Positions 8,637 to 17,189 of a stretch of DNA of 43,000 bases are shown piece after piece. Position numbers and translations under genes: made by a program. The DNA is taken from sequence record SRR31156797_21105; one strand, 5' to 3'. Every line of letters begins with the position of its first letter. Position 1 is the first letter of the stretch. The notes under the pieces are model-generated. The model was given only the letters and a program-made list of their open reading frames with translations, was not told where the DNA came from and made no database searches.

Positions 8637-10667
8637 GTGCATTCTAGCATAAAAACACATTTCCCCAATATTAAAATGATTATAATTTATTTAGAATGTT
8701 TGTTGGAATTCAAAATATCGACTTATAATACTATATATGTTATATGTATATGTTGTACGTATTGCGTATTTACAATAAAAATATATTGTGATAAACTAAA
8801 AGGATTGTTAGGAAAACAAACTGGTATGAAGAGTATTTTGCCCAAAATGTCTAATAAATCTCGGAATAGAGGATATTTTATACTACTAATATTGTTTCAA
8901 GTATTAGTAGTATTTATGTACTTCTTTCTAAAGTGGAAACTAGGAATAAGTGACATTGAAGTATATAAAGTTATACAAGATAATGATTTCCCACGGATTG
9001 AGATTGAAGGATACAAAAACTTTGATGGAGAGGGCAAAAGTGCTGCAAATATCAAATACTATAATCAAGGTCTTGTTTTTGAAGAAACAGTAGATGTTTC
9101 TATACAAGGTGGCACATCAATATATTATCCTAAAAAAAATTACAATATAGATATTCTTATAGATGGTTCTACAATTAGTTCAGCTGATGAAAGCAGCATT
9201 CAATTCGGCGATTGGTACAAAATGGACAGATACTGTCTAAAAGCAAATTATGTAGATTTCAGCATGGCGAGAAATACTGTTGCTTCAAAGCTATGGGGGG
9301 ATATAGTAGAAAGCCGTGACAATATTAACCCTAATTTAGAGGAGATAGTTAATTACGGTGCTGTAGATGGTTTTCCTGTAGCGTTGTATTTGAACGGAAA
9401 ATACAAAGGTATTTATAATGTAAACACTTCAAAGGACTGTTTGTTTTACAATATGCAGAAAGGCAGTATGCAGGCTGTATTATTTGGAGATAATTTAGAT
9501 TCTGTAACAGTTCAATTAAAGGAAACATCCGATTCATCCCCACCAAATGGCGGTTGGCAGTTAGTATATAATTCTGAAGATAATACTGAATGGATAACCG
9601 AGAGCTTTAATCGGCTTATTGCTTTTAATTTGAACAATGATGATGAAGCATTTAAGCAGGGCATTAGTAAATATTTAGATGTAGAAGCAGCTATTGATTA
9701 TTTAATATACTATCAGTTTTTTAGTCTAGTGGATAATCAATACAAGAACATGATGTGGGTCACATATGATGGAACACAATGGATTCCATCTGCATATGAT
9801 TTGGATAAATCATTTGGTTTAAATTTAGATGGTATAGGATTCTTTAACCTCGATGTACTAATGCCATACTATGACAGCAAGGAACAGATCTTCTATGCCA
9901 ACAGCGAGAATGCATTATGGAACAGATTACTCAATACTCACAGAGAGGAAATAGCTGATAGGTATTTTGAACTGAGAGAGGGAGCGTTAAGTATTGAGAA
10001 TATTTCAGCAAGATTTAATGAGTTTAATGGTGAAATTCCTCAGGAACTGTTTAGGATTGAGGCAAAGCTATGGCCTGGAATCCCAAGCCTGAACATTTCT
10101 GATATTAGTACTATAATGGATTATCAAATAAAAAGAGCAGAAGTAATGGATAATTTCTATTTATTATATGCTCAGGAAGATGGTTTCCAATCAAGCGGAT
10201 GTGAAGAATTTACAAAATATACTGTAACTATTGAGTGCCCTCTTCGAGAGAGTGATTTAACATTTAAAATGGATTATAACCAAGTATTTGATATAAATGA
10301 AATAATGAAAAGCCCTTCTGCTGAATATGAGTTTGATAAGCTTGTATATAAAGACAGCGACGTGGAATTTGCAGATGGCACAGCTATTACACAGGATACT
10401 GAGCTGGAAATCATATGGAAAGCTGCGGAGGTAAAGCAGCAAATAGTTGTAGAAGCTCCAGAACCAGCAGTTGAGAAATCTTTAAAAGAAAAGACTGATG
10501 ATTTCGTTGTTAAAGTTAAGCAATTTATTAGTAAAGTCAAAACATTTATCATGGAGACGAAGTCAGAATCGTTCTTTGTTTCAATATTTGTTATTATATT
10601 TATAATCCTTATTGTTACATATAAAATCAGAGTAGGAAAGGATAAGCACGGTAATAACTGCGGGTAA
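8637..10667 (+). CDS. CotH-family kinase with N- and C-terminal TM helices and a degenerate InlB-B-repeat-like domain (copy 2); start is 8637, 8826 or 8847
   Basis: QGGTSIYYPKKNY, YCLKANYVDFSMARN, DGFPVALYLNGKYKGIY, LVDNQYKN and AYDLDKSFG motifs; TM segments GYFILLILFQVLVVFMYFFL and FFVSIFVIIFIILIVTY. AAGGAGG precedes GTG 8637, but a TTTACA-17-TAAACT promoter-like site at 8769-8797 favours the later starts. Confidence 0.88.
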   Translation: MHSSIKTHFPNIKMIIIYLECLLEFKISTYNTIYVICICCTYCVFTIKIYCDKLKGLLGKQTGMKSILPKMSNKSRNRGYFILLILFQVLVVFMYFFLKWKLGISDIEVYKVIQDNDFPRIEIEGYKNFDGEGKSAANIKYYNQGLVFEETVDVSIQGGTSIYYPKKNYNIDILIDGSTISSADESSIQFGDWYKMDRYCLKANYVDFSMARNTVASKLWGDIVESRDNINPNLEEIVNYGAVDGFPVALYLNGKYKGIYNVNTSKDCLFYNMQKGSMQAVLFGDNLDSVTVQLKETSDSSPPNGGWQLVYNSEDNTEWITESFNRLIAFNLNNDDEAFKQGISKYLDVEAAIDYLIYYQFFSLVDNQYKNMMWVTYDGTQWIPSAYDLDKSFGLNLDGIGFFNLDVLMPYYDSKEQIFYANSENALWNRLLNTHREEIADRYFELREGALSIENISARFNEFNGEIPQELFRIEAKLWPGIPSLNISDISTIMDYQIKRAEVMDNFYLLYAQEDGFQSSGCEEFTKYTVTIECPLRESDLTFKMDYNQVFDINEIMKSPSAEYEFDKLVYKDSDVEFADGTAITQDTELEIIWKAAEVKQQIVVEAPEPAVEKSLKEKTDDFVVKVKQFISKVKTFIMETKSESFFVSIFVIIFIILIVTYKIRVGKDKHGNNCG

Positions 10668-10671
10668 ACGC

Positions 10672-11364
10672 ATGTATAGAAACGAACTAAAATATATATG
10701 TTCGATAGCTCAATCAGAAATACTGAAAATTCGTCTGAAGGCAATAGCAAAGCCTGATATGCATTCCAACTCAAATGGGATGTATAATGTGCGTAGCATG
10801 TATTTTGATGACTTAAAGAACTCAAGCTTCTATGAAAATGAAAGCGGTACTGATCCCAGAGAAAAATATAGAATAAGAATATATGACTGTTCAAAGAAGA
10901 TAAATCTGGAGCTAAAGTCCAAAGTGAATACAAAGACTCAAAAGCGAGTTACCCCAATAGGCATGGATGATTACAATCTTTTACGAGCTTCCAAGCCGGT
11001 TGAGACAGATGATAGTACATCGCCGTTATTACGCAGAATGTCTACAGATATACAGAATAGAATGCTGCGGCCGGTAGTAATTGTTGATTATAATAGAGCA
11101 GCATATACCTATAGTGTAGGAAATGTTAGAATTACCTTTGATACAAATATATCGTCATCTAATTCGTTTGATAAGTTCTTTGATAAGGATATACAAAAAC
11201 GCAGTATTTTACCTACAGGATATAGCATACTTGAAGTGAAATATGATAATTTCATTCCAGATTTTATTAAAAATACTTTACAAACTGATAGTTTAATCAA
11301 TACATCATTCTCAAAATTTTACTTATGTAGAAAATACAATATGGCTGGAGGCTTATTAATATGA
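10672..11364 (+). CDS. Polyphosphate-polymerase (VTC / CYTH-TTM) domain protein (copy 2)
   Basis: RNELKY, VRSMYFD, KYRIRIY, NLELKSK, YNRAAY, VRITFD, ILEVKY and FSKF motifs. Confidence 0.9.
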   Translation: MYRNELKYICSIAQSEILKIRLKAIAKPDMHSNSNGMYNVRSMYFDDLKNSSFYENESGTDPREKYRIRIYDCSKKINLELKSKVNTKTQKRVTPIGMDDYNLLRASKPVETDDSTSPLLRRMSTDIQNRMLRPVVIVDYNRAAYTYSVGNVRITFDTNISSSNSFDKFFDKDIQKRSILPTGYSILEVKYDNFIPDFIKNTLQTDSLINTSFSKFYLCRKYNMAGGLLI

Positions 11365-12035
11365 ATTACTCTGATATTTTCAGAAAAACTTTTATCGAAG
11401 GATATAGTGCGGCGAATATTACTGTTATAAATGTGGTACTTACTATTGCTATAACTTCGCTTATTGGACTGTATCTATTCTTTGTACATAGATTGATAAC
11501 CAGAAAGACCTTTTATGATAAGGCATTCAGTCTGTCATTACCTACATTAGCAATTATAACAGCAGCTATTATAATGACTATTCAGTCAAGCATTGTAATT
11601 TCGCTGGGTATGGTAGGTGCATTGTCTATTGTTAGATTCCGTACAGCGATTAAGAGTCCGATGGATTTGGTATTTCTGTTTTGGGCAATAGCCATAGGAA
11701 TTATCTGCGGTGCAGGTTTTGCAGAGATAGCAATAATTATTTCTGTATTTTTGACCGTGGGCATATTTTTGCTTGATCTTATTCCTGTTATCAGATCATC
11801 TCAGCTGCTTGTTGTAAATGCTGATAATTATGATGTTGAAGATGAGCTGATTGCTGTAATGAATAAATTGTGTAAGCATTATAAGATTAAATCTCGTAAT
11901 ATCTCTGAAGGCAATTTAGACATAATAGCAGAAGTGCGTGTGAAAGATGATAGAAAATTGGTTAAAGAGGTTTTTGAGATAAATGGCATAAAAAACGCTT
12001 CATTACTGACTCATGATGGAGAGGTTTCTTTTTAA
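11361..12035 (+). CDS. DUF4956 family membrane protein (copy 2)
   Basis: SLGMVGALSIVRFRTAIKSPMDL; ATGA overlap with the VTC gene and GGAGG RBS. Confidence 0.9.
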   Translation: MNYSDIFRKTFIEGYSAANITVINVVLTIAITSLIGLYLFFVHRLITRKTFYDKAFSLSLPTLAIITAAIIMTIQSSIVISLGMVGALSIVRFRTAIKSPMDLVFLFWAIAIGIICGAGFAEIAIIISVFLTVGIFLLDLIPVIRSSQLLVVNADNYDVEDELIAVMNKLCKHYKIKSRNISEGNLDIIAEVRVKDDRKLVKEVFEINGIKNASLLTHDGEVSF

Positions 12036-12222
12036 TGCATTATGCTGGTAAAGCTGCACTTAAATAACTAGTGATTATATGCTTGGAAAAGCTGTCGTAC
12101 ACTCATCTAGCATACAAATCAGCTGTCTGATATTCATCCAGAGATTCTTATGGCGATTGTGGCACTGATGATAAAACTGACAAAAACACTTCTGACAAGT
12201 AGAATGCAGCAAATAACATATG

Positions 12223-12318
12223 TAAATACACCTTAAGGCGATAGGATGCAACGGGATTTGACAATTGTTAGTTCATGATTATTGCATCGCAATAATCTGT
12301 TGCCCAAAGGTGTATTTA
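12223..12318 (+). other. Long branched stem-loop in non-coding DNA, identity unknown
   Basis: TAAATACACCTT/AAGGTGTATTTA (12 bp), then GGCGATAG/CTGTTGCC (8 bp with two G-U pairs), enclosing the hairpin GATTATTGC-ATC-GCAATAATC. Confidence 0.55.
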
Positions 12319-12709
12319 TTTAAGAAATACATTGAAAGGCTGAGATTACTTGTTCTGATCTGGTATTGTCTATCAATACTGAAAACCGCAGTATGTTGTG
12401 GTTTTTAACATACTGTTACCAGCATTTATATAGTGTAGATTGCATAATAACTCATTATAAATATAAACAGCAAATTATGTAAGAAGCAAAATATTTGCCT
12501 ATCACAATAGAAAAAAATAAACTGAAAATAGTGTAATTTTCTGCATATTCTGTATAGTTTTGCATGAAATTCACGTAATATAACACCTATTCCTAGTGAG
12601 AGCATGTTGCATAGTTAAGGGCTAAAATATTGGTGAGTGAAGGGTAAATGTATATTTCTGTGAATATCTCATTTGTGAAATGAATCTAGGCTTCGTAATT
12701 TAAATTGAT

Positions 12710-12784
12710 TGGCTGGGGCGGTAGGATTCGAACCTACGAATGCTGGAGTCAGAGTCCAGTGCCTTACCGCTTGGCGACGCCCCA
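12710..12784 (-). tRNA. tRNA-Gln, anticodon CTG, CCA encoded
   Basis: Minus strand reads TGGGGCGTCGCCAAGCGGTAAGGCACTGGACTCTGACTCCAGCATTCGTAGGTTCGAATCCTACCGCCCCAGCCA: cloverleaf, GTTCGAATC T-loop, anticodon loop CT-CTG-AC. Confidence 0.97.
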
Positions 12785-12825
12785 AAATAATTCTAGTGAA
12801 ATTCTATATAAATTTATGCTAATAG

Positions 12826-12854
12826 ATTCTAACATACAGTACACAAAAAATCAA
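12826..12854 (-). promoter_or_regulatory. Putative sigma-A promoter of tRNA-Gln
   Basis: TTGATT-17 bp-TAGAAT with TGn extended -10 on the minus strand. Confidence 0.6.
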
Positions 12855-13095
12855 TACTGTATTGCATTAAAAAACGAGAATAAAAAACGCTTAACCATAT
12901 AGATGTGTCAAGAATATACAAGCAAATATCGATAATTACTTCGAAAGCAAGTGCTGAAACATAAAATAAGATTGTATTGCAAATATATGATAAATAAGCC
13001 ATATCAAAGAATGGAAGTTAAAAATTATAATAAAAGAGTATGGACAAGAAATATTCAAAAAGTACATTAAACGAGCAATTACTTCATACTTCAAC

Positions 13096-13136
13096 TTGAA
13101 AAATGTGCAAAAACGTGTTAAGATGTTGAACAACAT
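13096..13136 (+). promoter_or_regulatory. Sigma-A promoter with overlapping palindromic operator, likely the GntR site
   Basis: TTGAAA(13096)-17 bp-TAAGAT(13119) with TGn; palindrome ATGTTG-AA-CAACAT at 13123-13136 overlaps the -10/+1 region. Confidence 0.65.
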
Positions 13137-13151
13137 GGAACATGTGCAACG

Positions 13152-13895
13152 ATGAGGTCAAAGAACATGCTAAATAAGTTTAAAAGTTCAAACGGTAATA
13201 GTATTCCATCGTATGTTAGTGTATATAATTCACTTTATTCGGATATTATGAACGATGTATATGCACAGACGGAGCTTCTGCCGGGAGAAACTCATCTTTC
13301 GAAAAAGTACGGAGTCAGTCGAAACACTTTGCGGCAAGCCCTTGCAATATTGGCAGAAGATGGCCTGATTATAAAAATTCAAGGAAAAGGTACGGTTGTA
13401 GCAAGACGTACAAAAACACATTTTATAAAAAACAAGATGAACCCTATGGTACAACTTTCTATAGAGAAAATAACCAATATTACATATGATTATAATTTTA
13501 ACCCACCAACAGATATTGCAAGACAGATGCTGGAGCTGAGTGCAAATGATATAGTTCTTGCAAGCAACAATGTATTTAAAGCAGAAGATACAATAGTTGG
13601 GTATTCATTTATACAGGTACCAACTATGATGTTTAACCAGCTTGGAGTAGATGCAGGTAAACGCAATGATATTGAAGAACTTCTGAATAATAGAATATTC
13701 GAAAATACATCAAAGTCTAATATGACAATTAAATTAATTTATGCAAACGAAATAGAAGTAGAATATCTAAAAGTAGAGCTTAATACACTTCTCATACTCA
13801 TAGAAACGATTCTTTACAATGGCAATATAAGACCATTTGCCAGATGCAAATTCTATTTCAAACCAAAGCACTATAAACTTTCGTTTCAGACCTGA
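13152..13895 (+). CDS. GntR-family (HutC/UTRA-type) transcriptional regulator
   Basis: LPGETHLSKKYGVSRNTLRQALAILAEDGLIIKIQGKGTVV winged HTH; UTRA-like C-terminal domain. Confidence 0.9.
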   Translation: MRSKNMLNKFKSSNGNSIPSYVSVYNSLYSDIMNDVYAQTELLPGETHLSKKYGVSRNTLRQALAILAEDGLIIKIQGKGTVVARRTKTHFIKNKMNPMVQLSIEKITNITYDYNFNPPTDIARQMLELSANDIVLASNNVFKAEDTIVGYSFIQVPTMMFNQLGVDAGKRNDIEELLNNRIFENTSKSNMTIKLIYANEIEVEYLKVELNTLLILIETILYNGNIRPFARCKFYFKPKHYKLSFQT

Positions 13896-14043
13896 GAACT
13901 ATTACTTTTTGTATATGTATAGTGCTGTTATATGCAGTACTGTAAATATAAATAATGTGGTCGGTTTGTTTATGATTAACATAACAACAGGCTGTAAAAT
14001 TGATTAGAGAGTCTAACAACAAAACCCTAAGGAGAACATGCGC

Positions 14044-14604
14044 ATGAAAAAATTATTTAAAGTTACAACTAAGACTATCGTTGCAACTGGTCTAGGAGCA
14101 GCACTTTTTACGCTGCTGTTTATGTTTGTAAAAATACCATCTCCAGTACCAGAAACTAGTTTCCAAACTGCTTACGGCCTTTCAGGCATGTTTGCAACAT
14201 TATTCGGACCAATTTGCGGATTTTTAATTTCATTTATAGGACACGCATTATCTGACGCAATTCAGTATGGCTCACCATGGTGGAGCTGGGTACTTGCCAG
14301 TGGTATTTCTGGTTTTGTATTCGGTTTTGCATACAGAAAAGTACGTGCTAATGAAGGTGACTTCAAAGGCAAAGATATCTTAAGATACAATGTTATCCAA
14401 GTAGTAGGCAACATTATTGCATGGATTATTGTAGCTCCTTTATTAGATATAATCATTTATGCTGAACCAGTTAACTTGGTATTCACACAAGGCGCAATTG
14501 CTTGTGTTATGAATTCAATTAGTGCTGGTGTAATTGGTACTTTACTGCTAATTGCATATGCTGCAACAAGAACCAAAAAAGGTAGCTTATCAAAAGAAGA
14601 ATAA
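14044..14604 (+). CDS. ECF transporter S component, UPF0397/MtsT-like
   Basis: TKTIVATGLGAALF, IPSPVPET, LFGPICGFLISFIGHALSDAIQYGSPWWSW and KKGSLSKE; AAGGAG RBS; upstream of ECF A-A' and T genes. Confidence 0.85.
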   Translation: MKKLFKVTTKTIVATGLGAALFTLLFMFVKIPSPVPETSFQTAYGLSGMFATLFGPICGFLISFIGHALSDAIQYGSPWWSWVLASGISGFVFGFAYRKVRANEGDFKGKDILRYNVIQVVGNIIAWIIVAPLLDIIIYAEPVNLVFTQGAIACVMNSISAGVIGTLLLIAYAATRTKKGSLSKEE

Positions 14605-14626
14605 TCTAGTATAAGTGAGGAAAATC

Positions 14627-16336
14627 ATGAACGATAAACCGATTATTGCATTCAAAGACTTCTCTTTTCAATATTATAGTCAACAAGAACCAACATTGAA
14701 TGACATTAACCTGGAGATATTCTCAGGTGAAAAAATACTTATTATAGGACCAAGCGGCAGTGGGAAAAGTACACTTGGACACTGCATTAATGGACTAATT
14801 CCTTTTTATTATAAGGGCAGTATATCGGGCTCTTTAAAAGTAAATGGTATGAAGACCCAAGATCAGGATATTTTTAAGCTGTCAAAAATAATTGGTACGG
14901 TATTGCAGGATACTGATGGTCAATTTGTGGGATTATCTGTAGGTGAAGATATAGCATTTTCCATGGAAAATGACTGTGTTCCTCTAGAAGAAATGAGACC
15001 GCGAGTTAAAGTTATTTCTGAAATGGTAGACATGGATAAATGGCTGTCGTCCTCTCCATTTGAACTTTCCGGCGGTCAAAAGCAAAGAACTGCACTTGCA
15101 GGAGTAATGGTAGATGATGTTGATGTACTGTTATTTGACGAACCGCTTGCAAACCTTGATCCTGCAACTGGAAAACAAGCAATTGAAATAATCCATGATA
15201 TCAGCAAAGATCAGGACAAAACTATTATAATAATTGAGCATCGTTTAGAGGATGTATTGTATTGTGATATTGATAGAATAATTGTGATAAATGATGGAAA
15301 GATACTTGCGGATATGAATGCTCATGAGCTGGTTGCTTCGGATGTTTTGAAGGATAACGGAATACGAGAACCCCTGTATGTCACAGCATTAAAATATGCA
15401 GGAATTGATGTAAATGAGTCATTGCAGGCAGGGCATATAAACACATTAAAACTAAATGATAGTGAAAAGGCAAAAGTTAGAGAATGGCATAATTCAATTC
15501 TGCGACAGAGCCCTGATAGAGATAAAAACGCAATATTACAAATGAAAAACATTAATTTCAGTTATGAAAAAGATAAACAAATATTAAAGGAAGTTAATAT
15601 TGATATTTTAGAGGGCGAAATGCTGGCTTTAGTAGGAAGAAATGGAGCAGGCAAATCTACAATCGCAAAGCTTTTATGCGGCTTTGAAAAACAAGATAGT
15701 GGTACTATATACTATAATGGAATTGATATCGCAGATAAAAGCATTAAAGAACGTGCGGAGATGATAGGCTATGTAATGCAGAATCCTAACCAGATGATTT
15801 CGCAAAACCTGATATATGATGAGATAGCACTTGGGTTAAGGCTGAGAAATGCAGATGAAGAAGAAGTTGATAAAACGGTGAAAAAGGTACTGAAGATATG
15901 CGGTCTACTGCCTTTTAGGAAATGGCCGATTTCAGCACTCAGCTATGGTCAGAAAAAGCGTGTTACTATCGCTTCTATACTGGCACTGCATCCTAAAGTA
16001 ATTATATTAGATGAACCTACTGCAGGACAAGATTATAAGCATTACACTGAGATAATGGAATTCTTGGTGGAAATAAATAAAACAGGTATAACCGTATTGA
16101 TGATTACTCATGACATGCATTTGATGCAGGAATATACGCCAAGAGCAGTAGTGCTGTCGGATGGAGTAGTGATAGAAAATAATGCTGCATCAGTAGTGCT
16201 TACAGAACATAATGTAATAGATGCTGCTAATTTAAAGGAAACATCCTTGTATCAGCTGGCACAGATAGTAGGAATAGCAGATGAAACTGATTTTGTTCAA
16301 GGATTTATTGACTATGAAAGGCGGTTAAGAGCATGA
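14627..16336 (+). CDS. ECF transporter fused double ATPase (A-A', MtsU-like)
   Basis: Two ABC domains: GPSGSGKST / LSGGQKQR / DEPLANLD and GRNGAGKST / LSYGQKKR / DEPTAGQD; GIREPLY linker. Confidence 0.93.
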   Translation: MNDKPIIAFKDFSFQYYSQQEPTLNDINLEIFSGEKILIIGPSGSGKSTLGHCINGLIPFYYKGSISGSLKVNGMKTQDQDIFKLSKIIGTVLQDTDGQFVGLSVGEDIAFSMENDCVPLEEMRPRVKVISEMVDMDKWLSSSPFELSGGQKQRTALAGVMVDDVDVLLFDEPLANLDPATGKQAIEIIHDISKDQDKTIIIIEHRLEDVLYCDIDRIIVINDGKILADMNAHELVASDVLKDNGIREPLYVTALKYAGIDVNESLQAGHINTLKLNDSEKAKVREWHNSILRQSPDRDKNAILQMKNINFSYEKDKQILKEVNIDILEGEMLALVGRNGAGKSTIAKLLCGFEKQDSGTIYYNGIDIADKSIKERAEMIGYVMQNPNQMISQNLIYDEIALGLRLRNADEEEVDKTVKKVLKICGLLPFRKWPISALSYGQKKRVTIASILALHPKVIILDEPTAGQDYKHYTEIMEFLVEINKTGITVLMITHDMHLMQEYTPRAVVLSDGVVIENNAASVVLTEHNVIDAANLKETSLYQLAQIVGIADETDFVQGFIDYERRLRA

Positions 16337-17166
16337 AATCTTCTTTATTCTCTGCACAAAAGCTGGATACGCCGATTCATAATCTTTCTGGTCTTACGAA
16401 ATTGCTTTGCTTTTTGCTTCTGACAGGAGCTGTGATGTTTTCATATGATCTGAGAGTAATCCTTGTTATTATGGTATTTTCGTTTTCCATGCTTCGCTTG
16501 GCGGAAATTAAATTTTCACAAATTAAGGTAATGGTGATTTATGTTTTAGTTTTCTTGCTAGTTAATGCAGTGCTCACCTTCTTTTTCTCACCAAACTATG
16601 GTACAGATGTTTATGGTACTAGAACGGAATTGTTCAAAATCTTTGGTCCATATACTGTAACATCAGAGACCTTATTCTTTATAATAACAAAGTTTGCAAA
16701 ATATGCATCTGTCATCCCACTTGGCATGATATTCTTTTTAACCACTGACCCTAGTGAGCTTGCTGCTTCAATGTCTGGAATAGGACTTCATTACAAAGCA
16801 TCTTATTCTCTTGCTTTGACTCTTCGCTATTTTCCAGAAGTTCAGAGGGAATATCGGGATATATCTCAGGCACAGCAGGCAAGGGGTTTGGAAATGTCAA
16901 AAAAGGCTAAGTTATGGGATAGATTTAAGCGAGCAATTTCTATTATCTTGCCTTTAATTTTGTCCACAATGGATAGAATAGACACAATAACAAATGCAAT
17001 GGATTTGAGAGGCTTTGGAAAAAATAAAAAGAGAACTTGGTATAGGAAAAGGAAACTAAAAAAGAATGATTATATTGCACTTGGTATTTCAATAATCATT
17101 TTGCTGTGTACCATTGCAGTTTCTGTATTTATAAATCACAGTAGATTCTATAATCCGTTTATTTAA
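16333..17166 (+). CDS. ecfT: ECF transporter T component
   Basis: TM helices plus the two Arg motifs AQQARG and AMDLRGF; ATGA overlap. Confidence 0.92.
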   Translation: MKSSLFSAQKLDTPIHNLSGLTKLLCFLLLTGAVMFSYDLRVILVIMVFSFSMLRLAEIKFSQIKVMVIYVLVFLLVNAVLTFFFSPNYGTDVYGTRTELFKIFGPYTVTSETLFFIITKFAKYASVIPLGMIFFLTTDPSELAASMSGIGLHYKASYSLALTLRYFPEVQREYRDISQAQQARGLEMSKKAKLWDRFKRAISIILPLILSTMDRIDTITNAMDLRGFGKNKKRTWYRKRKLKKNDYIALGISIIILLCTIAVSVFINHSRFYNPFI

Positions 17167-17189
17167 TAAAAGCATATAAGGAGGAAAAC

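Noticed and set aside
6788-10667. Calling the CotH genes spore-coat assembly genes
   Set aside because: Both are membrane-anchored and linked to VTC/DUF4956 with no cot genes nearby; CotH domains are widespread outside sporulation.
12041-12127. Imperfect direct repeats TATGCT(T)GG(T/A)AAAGCTG about 37 bp apart
   Set aside because: Only two degenerate copies plus a fragment; too short and irregular for a CRISPR array, and no cas genes are present.
12131-12185. TTCATCCAGAG...TGGCACTGATGA resembling a SAM-I riboswitch start; CTGATGA resembling a hammerhead core
   Set aside because: The GAGGGA, GCAACC and GTGC elements and the closing P1 strand are missing, and no gene follows. There is no stem II or GAAA for a hammerhead.
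12705-12902. 65-aa ORF MIGWGGRIRTYECWSQSPVPYRLAT
   Set aside because: It is the antisense translation of tRNA-Gln, a typical spurious ORF.
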